64,000 nt of DNA, taken from the NCBI GenBank assembly GCA_951406725.2, contig OX597821.1:87234001-87298000 (forward strand), read 5' to 3'. The stretch comes from Octopus vulgaris. Its lineage: Eukaryota. The position numbers and the translations under genes were made by a program. The notes below the pieces were generated by a model. The model did not search any database. It was not told the origin of the DNA and saw only the letters and a list, made by a program, of their open reading frames with translations. Below, piece by piece: positions 26,830-41,716 of the stretch. Every line of letters begins with the position of its first letter. The stretch's first letter is position 1.

Positions 26830-27228
26830 ATCTTTACATGTCTCAGTCATCAGACTGCGGTGTCATGCTGGGCCACCTCCTTGGAGAATTTTAGTCAAAT
26901 GAATCGACCCCCCCCCCCCCCCAGCAATTATTTTTTTTTACAGCCTGGTACATATTCTCTCGGTTTATTTTGACGAACCGCTAGCTTACGAGACGTAAAC
27001 ACACCAACACCGGTTTTCAAGCAGTGGTCACACACACACACATACATGTATATGCAGGATGGGCTTCTTTCAGATTCCGTCTACCGAATCTACACATAAA
27101 ACTTTGTCGGCTCAAGGCTATAGTAGAAGAAGGCATTTGCGCAAAGCGTCACGCAATGGGACTGAACCCGGAATCATGTGGTTGAGAAGCTAGCCTCTTA
27201 TTACACTGCACAGCCACTCCTGCGCCTA
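26830..27228 (-). mobile_element. Diverged SINE family A
   Basis: Recognisable head, body and tail. Confidence 0.8.
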
Positions 27229-27614
27229 TTGTATGTCTAATTTCCTAATTTGGAAAACGATTTAACATGACAATTATAAAGAAACGTTTTATGACTCATT
27301 TAATACGTAAACAAATCCGTGTGAAAAAAAGACAAAAACAGATTGCTTATCTTTCTGTGTCTCTCATGCGCTCAATCACACACACACACACACACACGGT
27401 CGGCCTGCCACGTGGTATATGTAAAAATATTCTTGTATCAAGTACCATAAAAACGTACTGAATACTGAAGGTCGTTTCCATTGCAATATATATATATAAA
27501 ACATCTCACTGTTACACACACACACACACACCCACACACACACACCCACACACACACAGCTACTTCTATTACTTTGTGTTTGCTGTAATTCGGCATTGAT
27601 TATTTTAAATATTG

Positions 27615-28465
27615 ATTCCAAATTTTGGCACAAGGCCAGCAATTTTGGGGAGGAGGTAAGTCGATTTCATCGACCCCAGTACTCAACTGATACTTATTTT
27701 ATCGACTCCGAAACGACGAAAGGCCAAGTCGACCTCGGCGGAATTTGAACTCAAAGGCGGACGAAATACCTATTTCTTTATTACCCACAAGGGGTTAAAC
27801 ACAGAGAAGACAAACAAGGACAGACAAACGGATTAAGTCAATTATATCGACCCCAGTGCGTAACTGGTACTTAATTTATCGACCCCGAAAGGATGAAAGG
27901 CAAAATCAACATCGGCGGAATTTGAACTCAAAACGTAACGGCAGACGAAATACCGCTAAGCATTTCGCCCGGCGTGCTAACGATTCTGCCAGATCGCCGC
28001 TTTAATCGTTTTTCTTTTTAATATTCCTTTCTACTACAAGCACAAGCCTGAAATTTTTGGTGAGGGGGGAAGTCAATTAAATTAAACCCACTGTTTCACC
28101 GGTACTTAATTTATCGACCCCGAAAGGATAAAAGGCAATGTCGACCCCGGCGGTATTTGTACTCAGAACTTAAAGACGAATAAATTACTGCTAAGCATTT
28201 CGCCCGGCATGTTAACGATTCTACCTTTTTTTTTTTTTAATATTCCAGCTGCTAAGGTGTGGAACTGGCAGAATCGTTAGCATGCCAGGCGAAATGCTTA
28301 GCGGTATTTCGTCCGTCTTTACGTACTGCGTTCAAATTCCGCCGTGGCCGATTTTGTCTTTCATCCCTTAGGGGTCGAGAAAATAAATACCTGTTGAGAA
28401 CTGTGGTGAATGCGATCGACTTCTTGCTCATAAACTTTCAAACCTTGTGCCAAACTATGAAATCA
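27615..28465. mobile_element. Cluster of family B SINEs (three on minus, one on plus)
   Basis: Repeated family B cores; head-to-head arrangement near 28225-28255. Confidence 0.82.
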
Positions 28466-28785
28466 ATATTACTCTCTGGAAAATAACATTCAGTAAACAG
28501 TCTGACCCAAAGGGGGTGCCCCTACATGGTTACTCGATTCATTGTATAATATAGCCTTGGGTTTCCTGCATTGGAGAAATACGAAATGTTACGGATTGAT
28601 TGCTTGAGAATAACTTGATAACTGAATTAGTTTTCACTGGCGGTTGCCTTCTCATTAAAAGCATCCTCTCGTGTTTTGCTCAAGAATACTACGCATTGCC
28701 CGGTCCAGGAATCGAAACCACAATCTTACGCTCAACGTGAGTGCAACGCCCTTAACCACGAAACCACACACCTCTAACCACCCCC

Positions 28786-29900
28786 TATGTATGTATGTAT
28801 GTATGTATGTATGTATGTATGTATGTATGTATGTATGTATGTATTTATGTATGTATGTATGTATGTATGTGTGTGTATCTATGTATGTATGTATGTATGT
28901 TTGCGTATGTATGTATGTATGTATGTATGCATGCATGCATGTATGTATGCATGTATGTATGTATGTATGTATGTATGTATGTATGTATGTATGTATGCAT
29001 GCATGCATGCATGTATGTATGTATGTATGTATGTATGTATGTATGTATGTATGTATGTATGTATGTATGTATGTGTATTTGGGTGCTGAAGAAGTAACGT
29101 AAGAGGACCCATGTTGAGTTTTAATCTTTTGTAGGTTACCGAGGTATTTGATATCTGGCAATATATCAAAATACAAACTAACTTACAGTAAAGGTTCGTA
29201 TGTCTTACATCACATTGTCAAGACTTTTTGCTCTTCTAAACATCATACATACATACATACAGATTGACAGACATACATACATATATACATACATACATAC
29301 ACGCATGCATATATACATACATACATACATACATACATACGGACATACATACATACATACATACATATAAGCAAACATACATATATGCATGCATACATAC
29401 ACGCACGCATATATACATACATACATACGTACATAAATACACACATGCACACGTACATATATACATACACACGTACATACATACATAATACATACATACT
29501 CACACATACAAACATACCCATACATACACACATACACACTCATACATAGATACACACACATACATACACACATACATACATACACACATACATACATACA
29601 TACATACATACATACATACATACACACATACATACATACATACATACAAACATACATACATACATACACACATACATACATACATACATACACACATACA
29701 TACATACATACATACACACATACATACATACACACACATACATACATACAAACATACATTCATACATACATACATACATACATACATACATACATACATA
29801 CATACATACACACTCAAACATATATACCTACATACATAGATACACACACATACATGCACACATTCACATCCATCCATCCATACATACATACATACATATA
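28786..29900. repeat. Long (TATG)n and (CATA)n tracts in inverted orientation
   Basis: (TATG)n at 28786-29075 and (CATA)n-like tract at 29244-29900. Confidence 0.92.
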
Positions 29901-30108
29901 AGTACTCACATTTGGGCATGTATGTCTGTGGGGTGATGCACACATACATACATTTTTAAGAAAAATCCAGCCCCCTTGTGTGTGTGTGTGTGTGTACCAT
30001 GTGTCACATATGTCTGCTAGGTTTATAATTACAGCTAAGTAGTGCCTTACTTATGAGCGCATTGGGTATATACACCCCTCACAAGGATGTGTACCTACGC
30101 TTATGCCA

Positions 30109-30153
<45 letters not shown>

Positions 30154-30194
30154 TACTATGTATGTATGGTTGTATGCATGCATTAATATATATG

Positions 30195-30239
<45 letters not shown>

Positions 30240-30311
30240 ATATATATATTAGAGTTGACAAGTGGAATAAATCTCAACTGCTTGACATCTGGAGAGATGA
30301 TGACAGGAACC

Positions 30312-30342
<31 letters not shown>

Positions 30343-30588
30343 TATGTGTGTATGTGTGAGAGAAAGTGAGATAAAGAACGGAAGAAGAATAGAGAGAGGG
30401 AGGTAAAGAGAGACAGAGAAGAGATGGGTTAAAGAACAATTAAGTCTATGTTTATGCATGTATGTATGCATGTATGTATGTACGTATGTATGTATGTGTG
30501 TATGTATGTTTGTACGTATGTACGTATGCATGCAATCATATACGTATGTATGCATGTATGTATGTATGTATGTATGTATGTACGTATA

Positions 30589-30637
<49 letters not shown>

Positions 30638-30823
30638 GTATATGACAACCAATGCTGGTGTGTTTATGTCCCCGTTACTTAGCGGTTCGGCAAACGAGAC
30701 CGATAGAATAAGTACTGGGCTTACAAAAGAATAAGTCCCGGGGTCGAGTTGTTCGATTAAAGGCGGTGCTCCAGCATGGCCGCAGTCAAAATGACTGAAA
30801 CAAGTAAAAGAGAGTAAAAGAGA

Positions 30824-30863
<40 letters not shown>

Positions 30864-30931
30864 GTGTGTATGTATGTTTGTATGTCTGTATGTGTACGTT
30901 AAACATATTCATACGCATGCATATAAACACA

Positions 30932-30986
<55 letters not shown>

Positions 30987-31806
30987 AGCGTCCATACATA
31001 CATATTTCATTATGCAATATTTCAAACAAGCATTTAACTTTCCACATGTATTCTCTTTTATTCAAACAATGCTCGTTGCTTTTGTACACATAAAAAAACC
31101 CAACAAATAACATAACTATACTTAACATCAGAGGTGAAGTTAAGTATAGCGCTGAAAGGAAAAAGAAAAACAAAATGGCCACCTGTTGCCATTGTTTCGT
31201 TAGACAGAGGCGACTGCAGTTTACGTTCTTGCGTGCGTACGTGTGCGTGTGTGGATGTGTGGATGTGTATTTATTTGTAGGTTAAATGTCACTAATTATA
31301 TTGAAGTCAGTAATTATAGACAACTATGTCATACAATATTCAATTACACAGTAAAGCTCTGGAAAATAAACATACTCCCTAAAATAATTATTAATTTTCA
31401 CACAGACACACAGAGACCACATCTCCGCCCTCTCCAGCACACAGTTTTCTAGGCTGGTCCAACAGCACTTTTCACTCGGGAAGCGACGTGACGTTTAACC
31501 ACGTCTTCAGACAAGTGAAAGTAAACATAATTGTGGATCGTTTGAAGTAGCGGAGGCACGTTATGGAAAGCCAATGAACCGGACTAAATAAACTGTTGAG
31601 CTCAACGTTTGTAATCGAGTACTTGTGATAGTTCCTTAACAGTGTGTGTGTGAAGAAGGCTAGCATGCCAAACTTCGAAGTCACTGACACCCTTCTTCAT
31701 GTAAAAGTTTAAGAAACCGGTACGCTATTACAAAAGTACTGAGTAATCTTTCAATCTAATGTTAAAGTGCTCTCCTAGTTAAAAAACAAGCATCAAGCTA
31801 TATAGA

Positions 31807-31884
<78 letters not shown>

Positions 31885-31917
31885 CCTACCTACCTACCTA
31901 CCTACCTACCTACCTAC

Positions 31918-31989
<72 letters not shown>

Positions 31990-32066
31990 ATCTACCTACC
32001 TACCTACCTACCTACCTACCTACCTACCTACCTACCTACCTACCTACCTACCTACCTATCTATCTA

Positions 32067-32100
<34 letters not shown>

Positions 32101-32105
32101 TATAC

Positions 32106-32139
<34 letters not shown>

Positions 32140-32299
32140 GTTTACACATACATATATGTACACACACATGAATATACACAAATACATATATACATGCACA
32201 TTTTTCACTGTCTCACTTTTTTATTTTATTCATTTATTTATTTCTTTGTTCTTTTAATCCCTTTCTTTTAAATACTCATACGTCGAAATCAACAAATTT

Positions 32300-32680
32300 G
32301 TTTGGTAAGTAGCTTGCTTCCAAACCACAGGGTTCCGGGTTCAGTCCCACTGCATGGCATCATGGGCAAGTGTCTTCTTCTATAGCCTCGGGCTATCCAA
32401 AGCCTTGTGAGTGATTTGGTAGACGAAAACTGAGAGAAGCCTGTCGTATATGTGTGTGTGTGTGTATGTATGCATTTGTGTATCTGTGTTTGTTCTCCCA
32501 CCATCACTTGACAATCAACGTTGGTGGGTTTACGCTTCCGAAACTTAGCGGTTCGGCAAGAAGGCCGATAGAATAAGTACTAGGCTTACAGAGAATAAGT
32601 CCTGGGGTTGATTCGTTCGATTAAAGGCGGTGTTTCATCATGGTCGCAGTCAAATGACTGAAACAAGTAAAAGAATAAAG
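32300..32680 (+). mobile_element. SINE family A
   Basis: Matches family A. Confidence 0.87.
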
Positions 32681-33461
32681 GAATACACACACATGCACAC
32701 GCGCATATAAATGCATGTATATATGCATATATATATATATATATGCATATATATATGCATATATATATATATACACGCATATAGATATACATATATACAT
32801 ATATATATACATATTTATAAATACATATATATTACATATATGCATATCCATCCATCTCTGTCTGTCTGTCTGTCTGTGTCTCTCCCTCTCTCTCTCTCTA
32901 TATATATATGTGTAAATCACACAAACATATATAGGTATGTATATGTATATATATATATATATACACACACATATATATATATATATATCTGAATACACAC
33001 ATATACATTTCTACATGTACACACACATGTATTGCCAATAACATTATACTCTTAGTTGTTGAGTTAGTTATGTATTATTTACTTAAAACACTTTTCCATC
33101 AATGTTCGCTGAAAAGAGATGACGACTAAATCTGTGAATTCAATAAAAGCGAGCGGGGGAAATTAGAAATAAAATAAATTACCAGCGGAAATAAGATAAA
33201 TAAAAATTACACTAATTCTCAATAGGTTTCCAACTTTGACACATGTTTAAGGGGGGAAAATACAACAAACGCACATCTTATGTTTAGTACACAATAGGCA
33301 TAATGGCCGCCAATACATACTTGATCACGCGTACGATGAAGTATGTATACACAACTATATACATACACACGCACACATACACACACATGCATGCACACAC
33401 TGAGACACGTCCATATACTAATGTATATAGATAAGCAACTACACCTTCCCCTCTATCTCCC

Positions 33462-33499
<38 letters not shown>

Positions 33500-33504
<5 letters not shown>

Positions 33505-33697
33505 TAGACAAGAATAGATAACAAAGCCAAGGCTGTGAGGAGTTTTCAGGACATTTATAAAGAAAGAGATATTGTCTTACAGTTGTTTCTGGGATATTAT
33601 GGATATCCCTTCAACAGAAACAGCTGTAAGGCTATATCTCTTTCCTTATAAATGTCCTGAAAACACCTCACAGTCTTGGCTTTGTTCTCTGTTCTTG

Positions 33698-33705
<8 letters not shown>
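33500..33705. mobile_element. Fold-back of the PLE 3' tail (family of 14085/16067) with a decayed hammerhead
   Basis: About 90-bp diverged inverted arms 33500-33591 and 33615-33705; minus strand CTGTTGA-agggatat..atatccca-GAAAC-aact-GTA-agac. Confidence 0.8.
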
Positions 33706-33760
<55 letters not shown>

Positions 33761-33937
33761 GGCTAATACATGACCCAAATTAAGCGCCTCGTATCAAGAT
33801 CGAACCAAGAGTTTAACTATGGTCTATCCTTAGTACTTACTTAGCATTACCTGCCACTCTTTGGATCTTCTAGATACGAATGCCTTTTATACCCTCACAC
33901 ACACACACACACACACATAAGCACACACATATATGTG

Positions 33938-34520
33938 CAGGGTGGGGCAGAGAAGACGGGCTTTTTTTGGAATGGCTATTATTCAGTCCCAGTTGGAGGG
34001 ACATATGTCCGACAGGTACCATTCGATCCGTAGTGTCTTAGCATTTTTTTCCCTTTCCAGGTGAAGCCATGGCGCTGTGGACGACAGAGCATCGCATGTT
34101 TGCCTGCGAGAGTTACGTGAAGAAAAACGAGTCTATCACAGCGGTTCTGCGTGAGTTTCGGCGTCACTTCAACATTCGCCGAAATCAGGCTGTTCCCACC
34201 TGTAACACAGGGTGAATGCACCTCGTACACGAGGTACACTAATGAATAGGAGACCGGCGGACGTGCCACGAACGGTACGGACCCCGGAAAATGTGGAACA
34301 CGTCAGACAAACTTTGATACGGAGTACGAATCGCTCTGCTCGGAGGCATTCCACTGAATTTGGCATCGGTAAACGAACGGTGGGGCATATTTTGCCCGAA
34401 GACCTGCATTTCCACTGATACAAATTGGTCATTGGACAACAGTTGAAACTATGGGACGACGCGTAGCAGCTCAACTTCGCACGTTAGATGGAAGTAATTT
34501 AGAGGCATATGACAACCCGT
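33938..34520 (+). pseudogene. Tc1/mariner-superfamily transposase 5' fragment (DUF4817-type HTH, rosa-like)
   Basis: CAGGGTG end; ATG at 34069 gives MALWTTEHRMFACESYVKKNESITAVLREFRRHFNI, frameshifting to PRTVRTPENVEHVRQTLIRSTNRSARRHS...ILPEDLHFH*YKL. Confidence 0.85.
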
Positions 34521-34529
34521 TAATAACCT

Positions 34530-36015
34530 TTCCTAATTTGGGCGCAAGGCCAGCAATTTTCAGTAGAGGGAGAAGTAGTTCACATCGGCTCCAGTGTTCA
34601 ACTGCGACATATTTTAATCGATCCAGAAAAGATAGAAGGCAAACTCGACCTCGGTGAGATTTGAACTCAGAACGTAAAGATCCAGAAAAAAATGTCGCTA
34701 ACCATTTTATCTCACATGCTAACGGTTCTGTCAGTTTGCCATCTTGATGTTGTTAAACAATCCTTTCAACTACAGGCACATGGCCTGAAATTTTGGGGGA
34801 GGAGGCTAGTTGATAATATTGATCATAACTGCTCAACTGGTAATTATTTCATCGACCCCGAAAAAAAAAAATGAAGGCCAAAGTCGGCCTCGGAGGAATT
34901 TGAACTCAGAAAGTAAAGACGGTCGAAATGCCGCTATGCATTTCAATCCGGCGTGCCAACGATTCTGCCAGCTCGTCGCCCTGATGTTAAATAACGAATG
35001 CAAAATTCCCATCTTAACACACAGTACTTTTGTTGGTTTGTGTGTTAACAATGCTAAGTATTATTTTGTAATAACTTACGTACTTGTTAACCTCGTGACA
35101 GACGACGAAATAACGGAATGCCGGAAATAGTAGAGCGCCTAACGAAATGTCACTTCAGACATTTAGTCACCCATCTCTTTATTTTGAGTTCACATCTTGT
35201 TGTAGTGAGCAATAACTTTCAGCCTTCTAAGCGTAAATAAAATGAGTATGACCCGAGTGCAAACTTGGGGTCAATTCAACCACTTATACACCCACTAATT
35301 GTGCTGTTTTGACCCCGTGTAAAAAACAAAAAAAATCATTACTGATTTCTAAGGGAAGAAAGACAAAGTTACTCATGGCTGAATGTGGCAAAGTTTAATC
35401 TAGAGAAACTTGAAGTCGGTGATGTTCTTTTAAGTTCTGAGTTCAGTTCACTCTGAGGTTGAATTTACCATTTGTATCACAGAGATGAATCATTATTGAT
35501 TTCAAATTTTGGCACAAAGCCATGACCTCGGGGCTCAACTGGTACTTATTTTACGGACTCCGAAAAGATATTAGGCAAAGTCGACCTTGGCGGGATTTTG
35601 ACTAAGAACGTAAAGCCAGACGAAATGCCTATTTCTTTACTATCCACAAGGGGCTAAACACAGAGGAGACAAACAAGGACAGACAAACGGATTAAGTCGA
35701 TTATATCGACCCAGTGCGTAACTGGTACTTAATTTATCGACCCCGAATGGATGAAAGGCAAAGTCGACCTCGGCGGAATTTGAACTCAGAACGTAGCGGC
35801 AGACGAAATACCTATTTCTTTACTACCTACAAAGGGCTAAACACAGAGGAGACAAACGGATTAAGTCGATTATATCGACCCCAGTGCGTAACTGGTACTT
35901 AATTTATCGACCCCGAAAGGATGAAAGGCAAAGTCGACCTCGGCGGAATTTGCGGCAGACGAAATACCGCTAAGTATTTTGCCTGGCGTGTTAACGCTTC
36001 TGCCAGTTCGCTGCC
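34530..36015 (-). mobile_element. Several family B SINEs including a tandem array at 35500-36015
   Basis: Repeated family B cores and tails. Confidence 0.8.
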
Positions 36016-36529
36016 TGTATCCGTAGTCTATACTATTTCTCTCGCGTACAAGCCTTTGTACCCAAGTTAAAATTTATCATGAGATGGCAAAAGTCAGTAG
36101 AAACTCTGGTTAAATACATTGAGGTACGTAGTTAGCCCTTTATATTCTGATTTCGAATCGTGCCGAAGTCTACATTTACCTCGCATTCTTGTGAGTCATC
36201 GATGAAATGAAGTATATCATTCAAATATTCAAATAATCTAATAACGCCCACCACATCGCATAATGTGATCGTATTAAGAATGTTGGCATGGTGTGGTTAA
36301 GAAGTTCGCTTTGCAATCACGTAGTTTCGAGTTCGGTCCCATTAGGCGGCATCTTGGGCAAGTATCTTCTATTATAGACCTGGCCTGACTAATACTTTGC
36401 GAGTGAATTTTGTTGACAGAGACTTTGTGGAAGGTCCTCTTATACACACACACACACACACACACACAAGCGTAGCTAGGGGGCGCCGGTAGGGGCGGCA
36501 CACACTCTAGATACGCTAGTGTGTGTGTG

Positions 36530-36586
<57 letters not shown>

Positions 36587-37904
36587 TCCCTCACCCAGAC
36601 ACTTGACAACCGGTGTTGGTTTGTTTATGTCTCCGTAACGTAGTCATTTGACAAAAGAGCCGATAAAATAAGTACTAGTTTAAAAAAAAAACACAGAAAG
36701 AAAAATTACATGTACTCAGAGCGATCAGTTCGACTGAAACCCTTTAAAGTGGTGCTCTAGCATGGCCGCAGTCTAATGATTGAAACAGCGAAAAAAGTAA
36801 GGTAAATGATAAAATTGTCGAGTTGCTGAATCGGTTCAGTGTTGCGATATTTATCAACATTCCTTTACGTTCTGGGTTCAACCGAGGTCATCTTTGCTTT
36901 TCATCTTTCCGAAGTAGATAAAATAAATGCTGATCTAGCATTTGGATCGATATAATCGATTATCATCTCTCACAAATGCGTGTCCTTGTGCCTATAAGAA
37001 TAATCGTTGTTGCTGTTGTTGTTGACGACGCTGTTGTATATAGAATGTTGTTGGTATTGTTCTTTGCTTTTGCTAGCTGTCACTTTAAACCGTAATATAG
37101 ATTTAATTCGAGAGAACAAATTGAAAAACCAAGAACGTTCTATTTTGATATATATGATAACGTAATGGATGGAGAAGATTAGGTTTTCTTTTTTTCTCAA
37201 AAAAAAAAGAAAAAAAAGAGAAAAAAACAAGAAATAAGAGAGAGAAAAAATATAGCGACATCATGGCCGCAACTTGTAGTTTTCTTTTCATTCCTACAAA
37301 TATAATAAAACACAAGAAACAACGCCCTGGCGCACGCGCACACACGGGCGGGCACTCACTCACTCACTCACTCACACACACACACACACAAACACGCACA
37401 CACACACACACATACGCACACGCACACAAACGTCACTCAACCTAATTGGCACCTTGTCAAAGCGTTAGAATAAAACGATAAAATAGATTAGTGAACCCCA
37501 AATTAAGATTTATTTGCTAAAACAATTTTTCTTTTTCTTTATGGCATAGTCTACAACCATCTTTGATAACAGGTTTTAATAGATCCTTGCACCCGCATTC
37601 CCCCACTCCAACCACCCCCCTCCACCATCTCTGTATTCGACAAAAAAAAAAAAAAAGACCATTTATAACGCTGATGCCTTAAACTGAAACGCCCAGCGTT
37701 TGATGATGCAGCAGAAACTAAAACTCTCAACAAGACCAGGTTGAGGTTCGGTTGACAGAAGTGTAGTAATGCGGTGTGACTAATGTGTCTTTTACTTGTT
37801 TCGGTCATTGGGCAGCGGCCATGCTGGAGCACCGACCTGAAGTGTTTAGTCGAATAAATCCTCATCACCACCACTACCACCACCATTACTCATTTTTAAA
37901 GTCA

Positions 37905-38378
37905 GGGGGTCTTTTCGGTTTGAACGGCAGTTTTTTCTAGCGATGTCATATGAAAGTGTCACCCATAATTATGACCCTAGAATCGATCTATTGCATTTCA
38001 ATCTATTTTAGGGTTAGGGTTAGAGTTAGGGTTAGTTAGGGTTAGTTTGGGTTAGGTTTAGGGTTAATTTGGTTAGGGGTGGGGGAAGGGTATCTTTTTT
38101 TTCTTCAGAAATGTAAATAAGCCCAATCTGTTTCTTAAACGAGGGACATATTCATACGGCACAGAATGTTTTCACCTCAATATACGTCATTGATTGGTTG
38201 AAATTGCAGAAATTGAAGAAAAACAACAACAAATATCTTACAAACCATAGAATTTTCTCAATAAAGCCAAGAGAAAAAGATGTTTTATAACCACATTCTA
38301 CCAGTATACGAAGTTTAAAAGTGTTTAGTTACGTGGACATTATTTTAAAAAACTGCCGGTCAAATCGAAAAGATCCCC
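37905..38378. mobile_element. Unclassified TIR element with internal (TTAGGG)-like repeats, inserted in a family A SINE
   Basis: About 30-bp TIRs ggggtcttttcggtttgaacggcagttttt / aaaaactgccggtcaaatcgaaaagatcccc; host SINE spans about 37790-38995 on the minus strand. Confidence 0.8.
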
Positions 38379-38615
38379 GACTTGAAGTGTTTAGTCGAAT
38401 AAATCCTCACCACCACCACCACCACCACTCATTTTAAAAGTAAGGTACTAATTATATTGGTTTCTTATGTCGAACCGCTAAGTTAGTTACGGGCTACGTA
38501 AACAAACCAGTACCGGTTGTCCAGCGGTGGGAGGACAAACGTAAAGACAAAGACATTCGTTCATATTCTTCCATCCCTCTTTCCCTCCCCGTCCCTTCCT
38601 CCATCTATCACTCAC

Positions 38616-38662
<47 letters not shown>

Positions 38663-38761
38663 GTCAGTCAATCAATCAATCAATCAGTCAGTCAGTCAGT
38701 CAGTCAGTCAGTCAGTCAGTCAGTCAGCCTGCCTGCCTGCCTGCCTGCCTGTCTGTCTGCC

Positions 38762-38843
<82 letters not shown>

Positions 38844-39011
38844 CAAGACGAGTTTCCACACAGTTTCCGCCTGCCAAATTCACTTACGAGGTATCGCTTG
38901 GCCCAGAGCTATAGGAGAAGGCATTTTTGCACACGTTGCCGCGCAGTGGGACTGAACCTGAAACCATTCGGTTGCATAGCAGGCTTCTAAACCCAAATTC
39001 GAATAAATCGG

Positions 39012-39068
<57 letters not shown>

Positions 39069-39093
39069 ACACACACACACTCACTCACACACA

Positions 39094-39182
<89 letters not shown>

Positions 39183-39185
39183 TCA

Positions 39186-39256
<71 letters not shown>

Positions 39257-40635
39257 GAAAATTATAAAGAGCAGAGCGCAAATGGAAAAGCAAGTTGCGG
39301 CGATGGCGGCGATGGCGGCGGTGCACAATTTAGAAGTGCACGAAGTATTTTTGACGTGATTGGTTTTATTTTAGTTTGAGAGAGTCGTAGGAAGACGAAC
39401 GGAAATTATATAGCGGTCAAAGTATGGTTTAGCTGGAAACACAGAAAACCAGATTGATAGTCCTATGTATTCATGTTAAAGTAAATGTATATATTCATAG
39501 CTAAGCAAAAGTAATAGAAAACGAACTTGGGCCACAATGCAATACACATGATCTAAAACCAAAAAAAGACGAAAAAAGTTTTGGCCTACATTTTTTCCCC
39601 CTAATTTGCTATAATTCATGAGTGAATGGCTGGGTATATATATTTGTTCCAATTCCTTTATCTATTGAACCTTGGTTTCGGAGATGTTCCGATTTTTAAC
39701 ATATCTTCTTGCTATTCAATTTGTTTAGTTTAAAGTCGTCCTTGTAAGCGATTTTATTGAAACATCTCAACAATGGTGGGTCGGACTTTAATTTCCTGAA
39801 ACAACCCAATGGTTTTCGCTTGCGGTAAAAGCAACTCAGTTCATAATCGTTTTTTTTCTTTCTTTCTTTCTTTCTTTCTTAATTATCTTCATCAAATAAA
39901 AAGATGGATGACTAGATAAAAAAGATGGCGGTATGGAAAAATGTAAAGAAAGTATTTGGTTAGATTTAAGATTAGTTTCTTATTTATATTGTGTCAGTAG
40001 CCTTCCACAACACAATAGTGAATATAAAAAATTAAAAAAGAAAACATCGCCAAATTGACACAAATGCTGTGTCAGACGATTGCTCATTTTGTTTATTTAT
40101 TGTTCTCGCTTCCCGTCAAAATATTGTTGGTGTTAAAAGGGAAGAATGTACAGGGACTGTGTTTCAGCTGGCCCAACTAACCATCCTTCTTTATTTTCGC
40201 TAATCTGTCAGCTATTAACTAGAGTTCTTAAAGTTGTAAAAGGAAAATAAATATTTAGAGGAGAGAGCGAAACACGAAAATAAAATTTCAGTCGAAACAA
40301 CAACATTCGATGCTTCACCATTATACATCGTCTCCTCCATTAGAGAAAACAAGCCTTCGCTTTCACTTCACCCGGCTTCATACCACGACCCAGTTTCGAT
40401 TTCCAATTAAAGCTATTTCTTTACTTACGACGCTAATTCTTTTCGGAAAGATATGGTTGACTTAGAACCTCCATCCCCCAATAAATATGAGGCTTCGCGC
40501 ATAGCTAAGGAATCATTGTATGTATTTCATACCAAATCCGATTTTAGAGAGGAAAAGTTGATTAAAGCAACTGGACATGAATTGAACAATGGTTTTCTGG
40601 ATTGAGAAAAATATCTGCAATATTAATGAAGTGTA

Positions 40636-41265
40636 GGGCAACGAACTGGAAGAATCGTTAGAACGCCGGGGGAAATGCGTAGCCGTATTTCGTCTGACGT
40701 TACGTTCTGAGTTCAAATTCCGCCGAAGTCGACTTCGCCTTTCATCCTTTCGGGGTCGATAAATTAAGTATCAGTTACGCACTGGGGTCGATGTAATCGA
40801 CTTAACCCCTTTGTCTGTCCTTGTTTGTACCCTCTGTGTGTGGCCCCTTTTGGGCAGTAAAGAAATAAGAATCGTTAGCACGCCGGGCAAAATACCTAGG
40901 AACGTTTCGCGTTCAAATTCCGCTGAGGTCGACTTCGCCTTTCATTCTTTCAGGGTCGATTACAATAAGTACCAATCGACAAGTGGGGTTGATTTAATCG
41001 ACTTACACATCTCTGAAATTGCTGGCCTTGTGCCAAAACTCGAAATCAATATGAACTGAGTGTTTTTAAAGCGACGAGCTGGCAAAATCATTAGCACGCC
41101 GGACAAATTACTTAACGGCATTTCTTTCGGTTTTACGTTCTAAGTCCATATTCCACCGAAATCGATCGTGCCTTTCGGAGTCAGTAAAATAAGTATGAGC
41201 TGAGCATTGGCGTCGATGTGATCGGTTAGTCCCTTCCCCCAAAATTTTAGGCTCTGTACCTATAA
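40636..41265 (+). mobile_element. Nested/tandem family B SINEs
   Basis: Three family B units; aagaatcgttag repeated at about 40650 and 40867. Confidence 0.8.
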
Positions 41266-41267
41266 TA

Positions 41268-41429
41268 GGCGTAGGAGTGGCTGTGTGGTAAGTAGCTTGC
41301 TTACCAGCCACATGGTTCCGGGTTCAGTTCCACTGCGTGGCACCTTGTGCAAGTGTCTTCTACTATAGCCTCGGGCTGACCAACGCCTTTTGAGTGGATT
41401 TGGTAGACGGAAACTGAAAGAAGCATGTC

Positions 41430-41507
<78 letters not shown>

Positions 41508-41716
41508 ATATGTTTGTGTGTCTATTTGTCCCCCCAGCATCGCTTGACAACCGATGCTGGTGTGTTTACGTCCTCGTAACTTAGCGGTTCGACAAAAGGA
41601 AGCGATAGAATTAGTACTAGGCTTACAAAGAATAAGTCCTGGGGGCGATTTTCTCGACTAAAGGCGGTGCTCCAGCATAGCCGCAGTCAAATGATTGAAA
41701 CAAGTAAAATAGTAAA
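41268..41716 (+). mobile_element. SINE family A, full length
   Basis: Matches family A. Confidence 0.9.

Noticed and set aside
31400-31710. Possible exon in a unique-looking segment
   Set aside because: No convincing long open frame or recognisable protein.
38008-38080. TTAGGG repeats as a telomere or fusion site
   Set aside because: Degenerate and internal to a TIR element.
39932-39958. Resemblance to miR-1 (tggaa..tgtaaagaa.gtat)
   Set aside because: Insertions break the seed and no precursor hairpin is visible.
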